Assembly (NCBI GenBank): GCA_964291265.2 | Contig: OZ219747.1 | Span: forward strand, 2,304,001 to 2,368,000 | Direction of reading: 5' to 3' | DNA from: Alphaproteobacteria bacterium | GTDB taxonomy: Bacteria; Pseudomonadota; Alphaproteobacteria; SP197 | Length of the DNA stretch: 64,000 nucleotides | Shown here: one piece after another, positions 41,601 through 50,717 of the stretch | Numbering within the stretch: the first letter of the stretch is position 1 | Layout of the letters: the number at the start of each line of letters is the position of its first letter | Notes under the pieces: generated by a model | Told to the model about the DNA's origin: nothing | Seen by the model: only the letters and a program-made list of their open reading frames with translations | The model's database searches: none | Made by a program: the position numbers and the translations under genes

Positions 41601-42350
41601 GAGATAGGCAAGGATCTCCCGGCGGCGCCCGGAGAAGGCGTCCAGGAACTCCCCGTCGTAGCCCGCCAGCTCGAAGCCCGGAACCGGGCCGATCATCCGC
41701 GGCGTCACCGCGAAACCCTGCGCCACCAGGCGCGACGCCAGTTCGTTGCGGTAGTGCGCCCCGATCAGCTTCTCGCTGCGCCGCAAGGACGTCGGCTCGA
41801 TGCTCTTCCAGGCGCCGTCCGACGAGCGCGTCATGTTCGCCAGAACGCAGTGCGTGTGAAGTTGCGGGTCGAGATCACGGCTTGTGAGATGGCGAAAGCC
41901 CGCCACCACCATGCCGTCCGCCTTCACCCGCGGCCGGCGCTTCGTCGCCGCATCCCAGCCCCGGGTCTGCAAGAGATCCCGCTCGATCCAGTCCAGGGTC
42001 GCCCGAACCGCCTCGTCGTGGGCCCGGATGACACGCACGTCCCCCATCACCAGCGCTTCCAGCGATACCGACTTCGGCGCCGAGAACGTGATGTCCCAGC
42101 CCGGACGGTGCTGGCGCTCTCCCTCGACGATCCTCCCCAGACGGATGTCCGTCTTCGGCACCTTGCCCTGCAGCACCGACTCGAAGCGCGACGGCACAAC
42201 GTGGCCCCTCAACCCAAGGTCGCCCGCCGCACGGCCATGCCAGAAGCTCGCCTTGCGGTGCTCGGGATCGTTGCGGGCGTAGTACCCATCCCTCTCGTAG
42301 TACGAAACCGCGGTCGCCGAGGACGCAAGCTCGTGAACCGTCGCCACCAT
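35601..42350 (-). CDS. MOBF (TrwC/TraI-like) relaxase-helicase with long C-terminal extension, 2249 aa
   Basis: SYYERDGYY, DITFSAPKSVS, DPQLHTH, GRAGSGKTT, VDEASM, GDTAQL, STVHGAQG, YVEVSR, basic C-terminus RRRGRSRGLSM. Confidence 0.95.
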   Translation of the reverse strand: MVATVHELASSATAVSYYERDGYYARNDPEHRKASFWHGRAAGDLGLRGHVVPSRFESVLQGKVPKTDIRLGRIVEGERQHRPGWDITFSAPKSVSLEALVMGDVRVIRAHDEAVRATLDWIERDLLQTRGWDAATKRRPRVKADGMVVAGFRHLTSRDLDPQLHTHCVLANMTRSSDGAWKSIEPTSLRRSEKLIGAHYRNELASRLVAQGFAVTPRMIGPVPGFELAGYDGEFLDAFSGRRREILAYLEKHGLPATREATQKATLHTRRRKVEAGLAELVPQWRARARALGLVRDEAALRPPRPVEPETGREMALPVDPEAELTKNERRRRRRSPAAPHLEPVVETVVRRRRFRPSAPAERIAEPETGVLEAVARAVAHVEERRTVIPARDIRALVLGHAPGRYRLEEIDAAIERLVAEGELLETVLRGSDRSFVTDRAVKAERRILEAVRQGRALAVALVPEETVTARLAAARLTAGQANAVRHVLGSGDVVVGVQGRAGSGKTTMLREVAGLVEGRPLIALAPSAAAARVLEREAGVPTRTLQWFLVRYGDLSDPDRLERAREDMGGGVLVVDEASMIGTVAMERLLALAGTLGIARVVLVGDTAQLKAVDAGQPFALMQKRGMATAVMDEVLRQEDADLKEAVVRAREGEAGEAMTRLANRVTEHRVEDLGAEAARAWLALGAEDREACAVLAPTHAVRREINAAIREGLAQEGVLTGGTLTIRRLVDRRYTRIEASVLANYEPGDTVVFHRDAYGCRADDVCTITGVGDGWVVLDHADGRERRFRPSGNAARNLGVHETVEIEIRAGDRVRWTRNRKARRRTPALVNGEEARVLSIGPERVRLLADDGTEYSLSRSDPHLRHLDHAWSSTVHGAQGKTAKKVIAVLDAGHMANREMFYVEVSRASQGFTLLTDDREALIECLETSPDVPDAALEALGEDLDGPIVDPDAWAAVVTDWEEVEREASGSPPSSVPAYAGVMARLAAFAAVEDLPDEMRAFVDERLGAHEASRAAERQVRELIAGLQDQPRRWPELAWAARSTGHPAGDGPAWRTWRDAGTALVDSARRRLAGAEAPALPEGDRRHLEAALAGVEKVRLKDDAARFARDWSALLTRSREKAVPVSLLADHADLSRRGAALARSTGLTAEERRAVEAWQARHATETALVDDFRSARQRVGMLAAWFADHVPLDGAGGVDPEDADVTRWRRDAEAHLRHMRSLLDTDGPHGPYIAAMPEERDGIVTAGREVVERLEALDRATLLWRVCGIAGRARIEDRLPLDLAEWFGTLSEIRRAVDAAAPGDPVGRHLERWLADDGRWRRDRRRVTEVVGLLADLERSRPRYADLRSDAPDRRAWRDGAEALDGALETVVALADHERRAHLAACGMTAQAFASLVGAVPLWRATDAALTGLDDWSGRAAEVLREGSEGPTIARENVERAGALIEEGRKLVEEWAAHLSRTDDMAGAQDAVDSVVRQLEAARLTAACQAFAALTWSVNRAHEEDGVHPLDAADYPRLLAALEDLAGREGTPQATRDLMADWRDADGRWKAERRETEATVARARVLAKTGPGIVADHPDAQAWRTEAAALLTAARAMLADRSLKARHLDALADARHGLAAAAATIETTFRALDRAALLQRVKEIEDRAEAAGRLPCDLADWPGLLEEVSAAVADGATADGTVRTLVRRLDDDRRWRRDRGRLAKALARLAEAEANRPTFGGSGDDRVVWRAVAPAAAEEARAAMDAIPEGERTAQLRALGTSPDAFQQRLASVPSWMATDAALDVLADWRRRAGRLGEAAEPGDALWRRDAAALLAEGRALPGAWKAGGLPARDMAGAGDVVKTEAERIDAMLLGDSLRALVRRADAINGEVRDHHRHPLDSPHMAPLREALRQLRDDPRLTAEDRTTVSAWRKTLDGWDGERQRAHELVAEALALQPGLQGSAALSDAWRRRARMLLEAVEAGSLNQEAHIRAAGASPRRLAYIVAALPERLAQDDAVREEAGRTRHLLEVRTAMRQLREAPFDVSRSVRWDGTEPLLRGDRLSWIDAEGRHDAVVEMVSHVTGPDVIDRLRIRPVGGTETRSLHAETLRPLAGNVTCRRLLWPDETLRQRERDRQYPARNDAFPFACEERVLPGDRIRWTMVRHAGPVQPPLEGDTAQVEAIVEAVEAGVNDVVGDGVTLRVVRSWGMQGAPAAGSTIRQDMRSLFTRGCVRAPWDDETARERRMAETLREIEARRRGRSRGLSM

Positions 42351-42356
42351 GGAGCG

Positions 42357-43133
42357 TCACTCCAGCGTCACGATCTCCAGCGACAGGTCCGGCGGCGGCA
42401 AGGGCGGCAACTCCGCCGCCGGCAGCATGGCCGTGACCGCAGGAGGAGTCTCGAGATACCGCACCACGAAGTCGGTCATGAGGCCGAAGAAGAACGCGCA
42501 GCCGACGAGAAGGGGAAGAGCCACGCCGGTAAGCCAGAAATCGCGGTGGGAGCGCTTGAGCGCCCGCTCGATATGCCCGAACCGAAGGCCGAGCGAGGCG
42601 GTGTTCCTGACGAGGTCGCCCAGCGTCCGCGCTTCGTCGGCCTGCGCCTCCTTCTTCTCCGCCATGGCGTCGTGCGTCTCCTTGCGCAGCGTCTCGACGG
42701 CAGTCGACAGCGCCGGGACGGCATCCGCGGCAGCGGCGAGCGTGTCGGCGATCCTGTTCAGCGTGTCGTTCAGGGCGGCAAGGTCGGCGTGAACGGCGGC
42801 TGCCGACTTCACGTTGGCCTCGTCGAGCCTCGCCGCAAGACCGGCGACGTTGGCAAGGACGCCCTGCACCGCCTCCATCAGCTCCGCGTGTCCCTCCGCA
42901 CCGTTGCTGTCTTGCTCCTTGAGCCGCTCCGCAAGGGAAACGACGGCATCGACCAGGGCCTTCAGGACTTTGAGTTGCTGCTCCATCGACTTCTGCAACG
43001 CCGCGCCCTGCTCGCCGACGAGGGACTGGCACGCGTCCACGGCAGCCTGGATCGCCTCCAGCGCCTCCCGGTCCGCCGACGCCAGGCGCTGTGCCGGTTC
43101 AAGCGGGCGAAGAAGAGTCTTTCCTCGTGTCAT
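42357..43133 (-). CDS. Coiled-coil protein with C-terminal TM helix, directly upstream of the relaxase
   Basis: GGGGGAG RBS, Ala/Leu heptads, hydrophobic FWLTGVALPLLVGCAFFFG; ends 6 bp before the relaxase start. Confidence 0.7.
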   Translation of the reverse strand: MTRGKTLLRPLEPAQRLASADREALEAIQAAVDACQSLVGEQGAALQKSMEQQLKVLKALVDAVVSLAERLKEQDSNGAEGHAELMEAVQGVLANVAGLAARLDEANVKSAAAVHADLAALNDTLNRIADTLAAAADAVPALSTAVETLRKETHDAMAEKKEAQADEARTLGDLVRNTASLGLRFGHIERALKRSHRDFWLTGVALPLLVGCAFFFGLMTDFVVRYLETPPAVTAMLPAAELPPLPPPDLSLEIVTLE

Positions 43134-43583
43134 GGCGCATCTCCCCCTGTCGTGACTTCGGCCCCTCCCCAGGCCATGACAGGGATGCACACAGGAAACC
43201 TGAGAATGCAACCGCTGAATCGACGGGGAGGGCAGCTACTCTGGAACTTTGGTAACTGCCCAGGTAACCGGCGAAGTCCTGAGTATGTGTTGACGTTGTT
43301 CGCGGTGAGCGTTGCTTAGTGTTGGCAAGTTGTTGATGCCGCATCCTCAACCAGTGACAATCGCCAACAACCACCTTGTGACCGAACGCTTGTAATGAAC
43401 AAATCTGACTGGCCGCGAGTGCGCATTCCGATCCCACCTTGCCGCCTAGACTACCCTCTGAAGAGACCGAACAAGCCATGATGGCTATATGCCAGCCGCT
43501 CTGGGATGCGGGAAAGATCCCAGTTGTAGGATGGGGAAGTGAGTTCGATGGAACTGAACTCCATCCCCCGTGTTTTCAGTGAA

Positions 43584-43910
43584 CTACGAGGCGTCAAGAT
43601 CAGCCAGGAATGCGCGTCCCTTGGCGGTTATTCTGAGGCCGCCCCCCGATACATGTTCTAGATACTCCAAGCGGATGAAGTTGTTGGGGCTGTTCTTGTG
43701 CGACTGAATGTTGCGCACGATCTGCTCCCAGCGTTGTTCTCCAGGGCGTGTAGGGGAGTCTTCCAAGTCACCCTCTGTGAGGCTGACGTAATGGGGCATG
43801 ACCGTTCTGAGTTCTTCATGAGTAGCTTCCCCGAAGGGCTGATGTTCCAAGTATCTCAGAACGGCAACGGACATGTCGCGTTCAGTGGTTCTTCCTGCTA
43901 TGTTGGGCAT
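43584..43910 (-). CDS. Small winged-helix protein (Mrr N-terminal-like)
   Basis: VLRYL..LTEGDLE..GEQRWEQIVRN..LRITAKGRAFL; GAGG RBS. Confidence 0.65.
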   Translation of the reverse strand: MPNIAGRTTERDMSVAVLRYLEHQPFGEATHEELRTVMPHYVSLTEGDLEDSPTRPGEQRWEQIVRNIQSHKNSPNNFIRLEYLEHVSGGGLRITAKGRAFLADLDAS

Positions 43911-44531
43911 TGTCTACCTCCTGTTGATTAGACTGCCGCTTTCCGTTTGATCCGCTGTGACGGATTCGACCGGGCTTGACGGCAGAGAAAGTCGCCCGAG
44001 CTACCTGCTCATTGCACTTCCTCCGTTTGTGATTGGACGGAGTATAATGCCACAATATCGGTAGTCTGTCAATATCCCGCATAAGTCCCATTGGGAAACA
44101 AGCGGCCGAATACGAATCATCAACGATTGGAGTGACTTCATATATGGCCGGGACCAGACCGATGATTTCGGCATGGTTTTCGAAGACCTGAATGTCTCCG
44201 CCTACGACGGAGACATTCGCGTCGACTACGGGCCGGAAACAATCAACCTGAAAGGCGACGGACCGAGAAGGTTGAAACGGAACACTTCATTTTCGGATAA
44301 GGTGGATCAGCCAGCGTGCCCTTCCGTTGGCCGGGACGACATACCGTGACGGCATGCTCGACAGTTGGCGACAGCCACCCGATCGAATGGATGGTCCTGG
44401 TCGGGTCCATCCATCCGGTGATCGCTGGACGCGGAATCTCCCCACGAACATGATGGAGGACATGTCAGGGGAACGGTTCCAGAATATTCCCGGGAACGTT
44501 GCACAGATCGGCGGCGCTGTCCGTCAGACGT

Positions 44532-47500
44532 TCACTCCTCGAAGCCGAACGATTCTTCATCCAGCTTGAGGTCTCGGGCGTTGGCCTTGACGGTCTCGAC
44601 CACGTCATCGGGATATCCTTCGTCAGAAACGTTGCCTTCGAGTTCGACGGTGAGGCTCAGGGACGACCCTCTTGGCCTGGTGAGTTCGGCCAACAACCCG
44701 TCCATGATGCGTGCAACCTCCAGACCAGCACGGTCGGGATCGATGTCGAAGGTCGCATGGAACCGCGTTGGCTTCCTTTCGATCGGAGGAGGCGGTGGTG
44801 GAGGAGGCGGTGGTGGCGGAGGCGGCTCGGGTGTTTGTATCGCGTCGCGCTGGACCAGCAATCCGTCACCGTAGCTATCGGGCAGCCACACCTCCCGTTC
44901 GCGGACACCCTGGTAGTTGCCGTCTGCATCGACATCGGCTGCATAGGCATAGGGGGACATCGCATCTCCGCACAGCTTCTCCAGTGCCTCCTTGAGGGTC
45001 GCGTCGTCGCGCAACCGCGGCAGATAGACAAACGTGGCGAACCAGTCACGGACGGTGGAAATACGCAAGTGTGTGTCACCTTCGGACCACAGTTTCCCGA
45101 GTTCGTTCACCAGATTGTCCGGTCCCAGAGTTTCCAGCACGGTTCCGTCCGAAGTTACTTTCGCCCACACCGCCTCGGCAATCGTTCGAGCACTGCCGCG
45201 GTTTGTCAGTCGCGTCGCCTGTATCGAGAAGCCAGTACCACCGTTCGCCGTGTGCTCTGGATAGAGGATGTGCACCCATGTGCTGCGTATACCCTGCTGA
45301 AGGCTATCGTGGCTGCGCTTGGCCTGTGTCCTGGCGTCCTGTGTTTGTGCGTTGGTGAGGTTTGCCACCATATCGCTGTCTTCAAGGATCGAGCGCCATG
45401 CCAGTTCCTTTCTGGCGTTGTTCCGTGTGGTGGTGACGTCAGATTCGTTTGCGGCAACGAACACCAACGCGTTGCGATAGCGCCGTTGGCTACCACCGCG
45501 GCGCTGAAGAACAGCCTCAGCCTCAATGGCAGCAGGCGACGTCGATCCGACGTTCCTGTCATGGGCTCTGGACGGCGGAAGGATGAACAGAGCCACCGCA
45601 CGCTGATCCTCGATATCGGTCGGGTTGTCCGGGGCCACATGGACCCGCTGGAATCCCTCACGTGAGCGATTGTCATCACGCAGCATGCTGATGATGCGTT
45701 GATCAGCCTCGTCGTCGGAAATGTCGCGGGCGCGGTCATCGACGAGCTTGTTCAGGGTTGGCAGGGGCGAAAACCAGTAGCTGTCACCGTCGCGGTAAAG
45801 ATGGGCCGATCGCGATGCGACCTGCTCCAGGGCCTCTCCAAAGACGCTGATCTGGTCACCTGGCTGTGCACATGCCAGCCGGATCTCGGTGCCGCTCATG
45901 CCGCCACGCGGAGCGCCGGCGTGCGGTGCTGTACCGAAGAACACAGCCCTTGCAGCGGATCGCACGGCACGTGTTCGAGCAAGGCGCGGACGATCTACCT
46001 CGATCCTCGCGCTCAGGGACTGATCGCCATCGACCTCGTTCTGCAGGATGGGCCCGAAGGCACGATCAAGCGGTTCCAGCAGAGCCGTCCTCACCTTGTC
46101 CTCGCTGAAGGGAAGATGAGCCGGCATGATCAGTGGCGTGGCGCTTTCACCAGTCCACAGCGCGTGGACCACATTGGCCATGATCTTGAGAATACCCCTG
46201 GTACGCTGGAACTTCTCGAGCACGGACCAGTCCCCGGAAAAACGCGCCAGCACTTCCGGATGGAGTGGATAGGCCCGCCGCATTGCGTCTTCGTAACCCT
46301 TCTCAAGCACCTCGGACGGGAAGTCGGCCTTGTGCTTGCGATAGAACTGGCGGAACGCCCGCACGGTATCGTCTCGTGCCTTCTCGCCTGCAGCATCAAG
46401 CGGCTGGAACAACCGCTGGCGAACAATCTCGTAAGTCTCGGTACCGCTTGCAGGCGTCCACGCCGACTGCACACGCCCGAAGATCTTCTCGAGGCGCTGG
46501 AGAGCATCCCGACCCTGTTCGTCGCCGACTTCAGCGCCCGACTCCGGGAGAGACCCGATGACCACCGCATGCTCGACAGCCGCGGCGGTCTCGGTGAGGG
46601 ACTGAATGAATGCGTGGAAGGCGTCGTACTCCAAACCGCGCAACTGGCGGGCAAAGGCAACGACCTCGTCCATCAGAATGAGACAGGGGGCCGCTTGACG
46701 CAGGATGGGTATCAGACGTTCCGACCCCGGATTGGTGCGGGCGGCCTCCGAACTGGCGATGGTCTCGAAAGCCGACCAGCCACCCAGACGCCAGGCAAGG
46801 TATCCCCACAGGGTGCGAATCTCACGCCCGTCACCTGTGTGCATGGCCTCGGCTGCGCCCTTGTGGGTGCCCACGAACACCGCACGATTGACTCGACCGA
46901 GGGTCTCGACGCCGGCGGCCTCGAAGATGGCCCCCAAGCCTGCCAATTCTTCCGGTTTGTAGCCCTCCTCCGCTGCACCCGCCAGGTGGTGGAGCGCCAG
47001 CATGGTATGGGTCTTGCCGCCGCCGAAGTTGGTCTGCAGTCCGATGACCGGCTCCCCCCCGGTACCGGCCAGCCGCGCCAGCGTCGAGGTGAGGACCCGG
47101 CTCAGACCCTCGGTCGTGTAGGTGATGCGAAAGAATGCCGCAGGATCGACATACTCCTCATCCCCCTCCCCTTGGTCCACCTGCGCCAGGTTGGCGGCGA
47201 ACTTGGAGTCGGAGACTCCAGCCTCGAGGACATCAGCATGGGGAGTGCAGACTTCGCGCCAGGGAAGCAGCCGATGCGACACCTCGGCCTCGTCAAGAGC
47301 GAGCTGCGGAAAGCGTGTGTCTGACCGGCCGGTTCCCACCGCACGCTGCTCCTCGTACAGACGATCAATGACGCGAACCTGCGATGATGCGTTGACGGCT
47401 TCTGCGACCTTGCCAAGGGCATCCAGGTGGCGCAGGGCTTCGCGTGGGTCGAGGTCACCGTTGAAATGGGCCACGGCGTTACGGGCCTCCATCGAAGCAA

Positions 47501-47774
47501 AGACGAAATTCCGAACACCGCGGTGCATCCGATCGTCGTCGATGGAGATATCACGCCAGTTGTCCTGGACGGTTTTCAACAACGCATGGACATCAAGCGC
47601 CTTCTCCGCAACCCCGCCACGGGCTCGGCTGGCGAAGCGATGCCAGTCCGGCCCGTGTCGCTGCTCCATGTACCTGGTCACATACGGTTCAAGACCAGTG
47701 CGTAGCGCTTCGAGTCCCGCTTCGACCCTTTGCTTGGCCTCAAGAGCAGCCTGTCTTTCGCCATCCCTTGTCAT
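44532..47774 (-). CDS. DUF499 AAA+ ATPase with N-terminal Swt1-like HEPN domain
   Basis: RNAVAH (Rx4H), LQTNFGGGKTHT, ILMDEV, AYPLHPEV, FQRTRGILK, poly-Pro linker near the C-terminus. Confidence 0.9.
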   Translation of the reverse strand: MTRDGERQAALEAKQRVEAGLEALRTGLEPYVTRYMEQRHGPDWHRFASRARGGVAEKALDVHALLKTVQDNWRDISIDDDRMHRGVRNFVFASMEARNAVAHFNGDLDPREALRHLDALGKVAEAVNASSQVRVIDRLYEEQRAVGTGRSDTRFPQLALDEAEVSHRLLPWREVCTPHADVLEAGVSDSKFAANLAQVDQGEGDEEYVDPAAFFRITYTTEGLSRVLTSTLARLAGTGGEPVIGLQTNFGGGKTHTMLALHHLAGAAEEGYKPEELAGLGAIFEAAGVETLGRVNRAVFVGTHKGAAEAMHTGDGREIRTLWGYLAWRLGGWSAFETIASSEAARTNPGSERLIPILRQAAPCLILMDEVVAFARQLRGLEYDAFHAFIQSLTETAAAVEHAVVIGSLPESGAEVGDEQGRDALQRLEKIFGRVQSAWTPASGTETYEIVRQRLFQPLDAAGEKARDDTVRAFRQFYRKHKADFPSEVLEKGYEDAMRRAYPLHPEVLARFSGDWSVLEKFQRTRGILKIMANVVHALWTGESATPLIMPAHLPFSEDKVRTALLEPLDRAFGPILQNEVDGDQSLSARIEVDRPRLARTRAVRSAARAVFFGTAPHAGAPRGGMSGTEIRLACAQPGDQISVFGEALEQVASRSAHLYRDGDSYWFSPLPTLNKLVDDRARDISDDEADQRIISMLRDDNRSREGFQRVHVAPDNPTDIEDQRAVALFILPPSRAHDRNVGSTSPAAIEAEAVLQRRGGSQRRYRNALVFVAANESDVTTTRNNARKELAWRSILEDSDMVANLTNAQTQDARTQAKRSHDSLQQGIRSTWVHILYPEHTANGGTGFSIQATRLTNRGSARTIAEAVWAKVTSDGTVLETLGPDNLVNELGKLWSEGDTHLRISTVRDWFATFVYLPRLRDDATLKEALEKLCGDAMSPYAYAADVDADGNYQGVREREVWLPDSYGDGLLVQRDAIQTPEPPPPPPPPPPPPPPIERKPTRFHATFDIDPDRAGLEVARIMDGLLAELTRPRGSSLSLTVELEGNVSDEGYPDDVVETVKANARDLKLDEESFGFEE

Positions 47775-47822
47775 GGGGCCTCTCCCGGTAGCAGCGTTGC
47801 GAACATCCGACAGTCACAGATG

Positions 47823-50717
47823 CTACAGGAACGAAGGCTCCTGGTCAGGAGCGCTGACAGCGCCTTCGAGCGCTGCCCACTCGCTCACAAGCATGTTCCA
47901 CGCCTGAGCCTCTGACGCGCGACCCGTGCGTTCACAGATATCATAGAGGCGGTAGGCGAGTTGCCGTGCCGCTTCTCCCTGCTCCGGCGGCATGCGTCCA
48001 TAGAGCCGTGCCGCTGCTTCGAGACCGCCTTCGCTCGCCTCCAGGACACGAACCAGATGTTGCGCACACTCCCACGCGGTGAGTCGCGTGTCGCTCTGCG
48101 GATCCCAATCGGGCGGCAACTCCTTGCGCAGCAGCAGGCGCGCCTCGCCGGCTCTGGCACTGAACACACCGGCGTTGTTGAGATCGTCGATGCTGATCCC
48201 GTAGGCCTGCGCCATGGTGATCGCTTCACCGGACGTGCCGCGTCTTGCGCCGAACGCTTCGAACCACTCGATGCAGAAGCGGGTATCAGGATCATACCCG
48301 GCGGCCTCTTCGCCCCCTATCTCGTCACGCACCTGGTTGATGAGAGCGATTGCGGTGCGAACGGTCATGGTCGAGTCGTCCGCCTCCAGCACCTTCGAGG
48401 CAGCTGTGAACACGCCCATACCGGGGCCAATGGATGCTTGAGCCATGTCGACCGGGCCAACGCCGCCTGAGCGGATCTTCGCAAGAGCGTCGGGCATCTG
48501 CGAGCGAAGTTTCGCGATGAACTCACGTCGTGTAATCACCGGTGCATCGACAGGGCGCTTGCGGCAAACCAGCACGATGGATGAGGCAAGTGCGTTGGCG
48601 CCGGAAGCGATCATGCGATTGGGAAGCTCCGTCTTTATCGGCCATGTGCCGTCGACTATGTAGCCAACATCGACGAGCCCCTGTAGAAAGGTCGCCCAGC
48701 CAGGAGACGTCAGCCCTTCCTTGGAAAGCTCGGTTTCCTTGAAGGCATAGTAAAGCGTCACGGGAAAGGCGCTGGCGCCACTCTGATGCATGTTGAGGAG
48801 CGCTTGGCGCATGCCGTCCATGAAGAACTGCTCCGCCTCTTCCTTGCCACCGTGACGGTACGGCGAGGCAACAAGCTCTTCATTCTTCGGCACCAGTACG
48901 CGTCTGAAAAGGTCGGGCCAGACATCGCGCAGCGTGCGCCGTTGCCACACGTAAAAGAAGTCCGACAGATCTGCATAGCTGATGTTGCCGTAGTAGGGCG
49001 GGTCCGTTGCGATGATCGCATCTTCGCCAAGCCCGGTGTCGTCGGCCGTGGCCTGTTGAATCACAGCGCTCCGGGCCGCCGCCGGGCTGTTGTCCACCAC
49101 ATTCGCGAGGTAGTCCACTTGCCCGACGAAACTGCCGCTAGAATTGCTGAACGGATTGGCTTCGCAGAAATCCCACACCATGGGGAGTGCTTGGCGCGCG
49201 AATACGTGTTCGACCTTGGCTCCACCGGTATGCCAGCGGCTGAGTTTCGAACTCCGGTTCACCTGCCGACTGACACACAGCCCCAGATAGGTCGCCACGG
49301 CGTCAGCGTAGGCACACGCTCCCGTGCCGCCGTCCGCCAGCCGTGTGGCATCGGGTGCCATTCCGGCCGCCAGCGCATCCGCCAGCACCTTCTCCCGCGC
49401 CTCGGCCACCAGATCCGAAAGCGTCGTCAGCGCCACCAGTTGCCGGTCAGTGAAGAGGGCGGCGAAGGTGGTAAGACCATAGCCGTAACATGTGCCGCCG
49501 GTGAGCCTACGAGGTACTTCACCACCGGGTGACCATTCCGGCTCAGCTGAACGAGCGACTTCCTCCATCTCGTCTGTTGGGTCGAGATAGACACGGCCAC
49601 GCTTGCCTTTTGTCACCACCGCCATCAGACGTGCGTCCATGCGCCCCGCCTTGCCCTCGGTCTTGATGTAGTCGGCTTGGATCAGCGTTCCCGAGATCAG
49701 GCAAGTGAAGTTGGCGCCACCACCGGCCCTGGCGCCCGACTGTGCCCTTGCCAGTTCCTCCGGCTCGATGCCGCCCGCTTTCACCGTGAACGAGTAGTCC
49801 ACGCTCTCACGACACACCTCGGGGACGACGACTGCTTCCATGCCTTTCTTCGATGACAGGACGAACGAGCTTGCCAGGGGCACGTGCGCGCCTCGCAGCA
49901 TTGGATCGGGCGAGGCGACAGTATGAACCCAGAACCAGGCAATGACGGTCAGTTCCTGCCCCACCCAAGGCTCGAGGTCGGAGCGTGCCGCCGCCATCGC
50001 TTTGGTGACCGGAACCTTCGGGTAGAGATGGCCGATGCTGGCCTCGGCCTTGTCTCGCATCCACTTGCCGAAATGGCGGATGTCCTCGGCGAGGCCCCGC
50101 GCGCCGTTCCACGCCACGTTCAGGTCGCGCGCCGGGTTCACTGGCTGCCGCCCGGCAAACTTCGGTGGGATCTCGCAGGTCGCCTTGGAAACCAGCACCG
50201 CCACAGGATTGAGGTCGGAACCGTGTGCCTTGAGGCCAAGGCGCTGTGCCTCCAAAGGGATCGAGCCACCACCACAGAACGGATCACAGACCGGAGGAGC
50301 ATTGCAGGCGAGCCAGTTAAGCACCGCATCCGGATCATCGCGTGGCGGTGTGCGCTCGCCCCGACCACGGGCGATGGAACGGGCGATCTCCCATCGCGCC
50401 TGCTCCAGGATGTAGCGCTTGTTGGAGTTCTTCCAGGGCACAAGCTGCTCGATGATCTTGTGCAGGCGATCGCGTTCAGCTGTCTGTGCTTCCTCCGTCG
50501 GAAACTCCTCCGGCCAGCTGGAAGGATCGTCCACCAGCTGGCTGAAGAGCACGGCTCGGCAGGATGCCAGGGGTCGCCGGGCCCACCAATGGTGAAACGT
50601 GGAAGGATGCCCGCGTGCGCCCGAGGGCTCCCGCTTCGAGGCCTTGTTGATGGTGTTCAGCGGCAGTGAAACCTCGATGAGCTTCCTGCGGTGCGGAGAG
50701 TGAGACAGAGTAGTCAT
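47823..50717 (-). CDS. DUF1156 adenine-specific DNA methyltransferase
   Basis: KLIEVSLPL, HHWWARRPLA, DPFCGGGSIPLEA, TDPPYY, NALASSIVLVCR. Confidence 0.92.
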   Translation of the reverse strand: MTTLSHSPHRRKLIEVSLPLNTINKASKREPSGARGHPSTFHHWWARRPLASCRAVLFSQLVDDPSSWPEEFPTEEAQTAERDRLHKIIEQLVPWKNSNKRYILEQARWEIARSIARGRGERTPPRDDPDAVLNWLACNAPPVCDPFCGGGSIPLEAQRLGLKAHGSDLNPVAVLVSKATCEIPPKFAGRQPVNPARDLNVAWNGARGLAEDIRHFGKWMRDKAEASIGHLYPKVPVTKAMAAARSDLEPWVGQELTVIAWFWVHTVASPDPMLRGAHVPLASSFVLSSKKGMEAVVVPEVCRESVDYSFTVKAGGIEPEELARAQSGARAGGGANFTCLISGTLIQADYIKTEGKAGRMDARLMAVVTKGKRGRVYLDPTDEMEEVARSAEPEWSPGGEVPRRLTGGTCYGYGLTTFAALFTDRQLVALTTLSDLVAEAREKVLADALAAGMAPDATRLADGGTGACAYADAVATYLGLCVSRQVNRSSKLSRWHTGGAKVEHVFARQALPMVWDFCEANPFSNSSGSFVGQVDYLANVVDNSPAAARSAVIQQATADDTGLGEDAIIATDPPYYGNISYADLSDFFYVWQRRTLRDVWPDLFRRVLVPKNEELVASPYRHGGKEEAEQFFMDGMRQALLNMHQSGASAFPVTLYYAFKETELSKEGLTSPGWATFLQGLVDVGYIVDGTWPIKTELPNRMIASGANALASSIVLVCRKRPVDAPVITRREFIAKLRSQMPDALAKIRSGGVGPVDMAQASIGPGMGVFTAASKVLEADDSTMTVRTAIALINQVRDEIGGEEAAGYDPDTRFCIEWFEAFGARRGTSGEAITMAQAYGISIDDLNNAGVFSARAGEARLLLRKELPPDWDPQSDTRLTAWECAQHLVRVLEASEGGLEAAARLYGRMPPEQGEAARQLAYRLYDICERTGRASEAQAWNMLVSEWAALEGAVSAPDQEPSFL

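Noticed and set aside
38418-43319. 1633-aa + strand ORF
   Set aside because: Antisense shadow of the GC-rich relaxase and upstream gene; no motifs. The same applies to most overlapping ORFs in the track.
44784-44830. GGAGGAGGCGGTGGT tandem repeat as a functional DNA array
   Set aside because: It encodes the poly-proline linker of the DUF499 protein.
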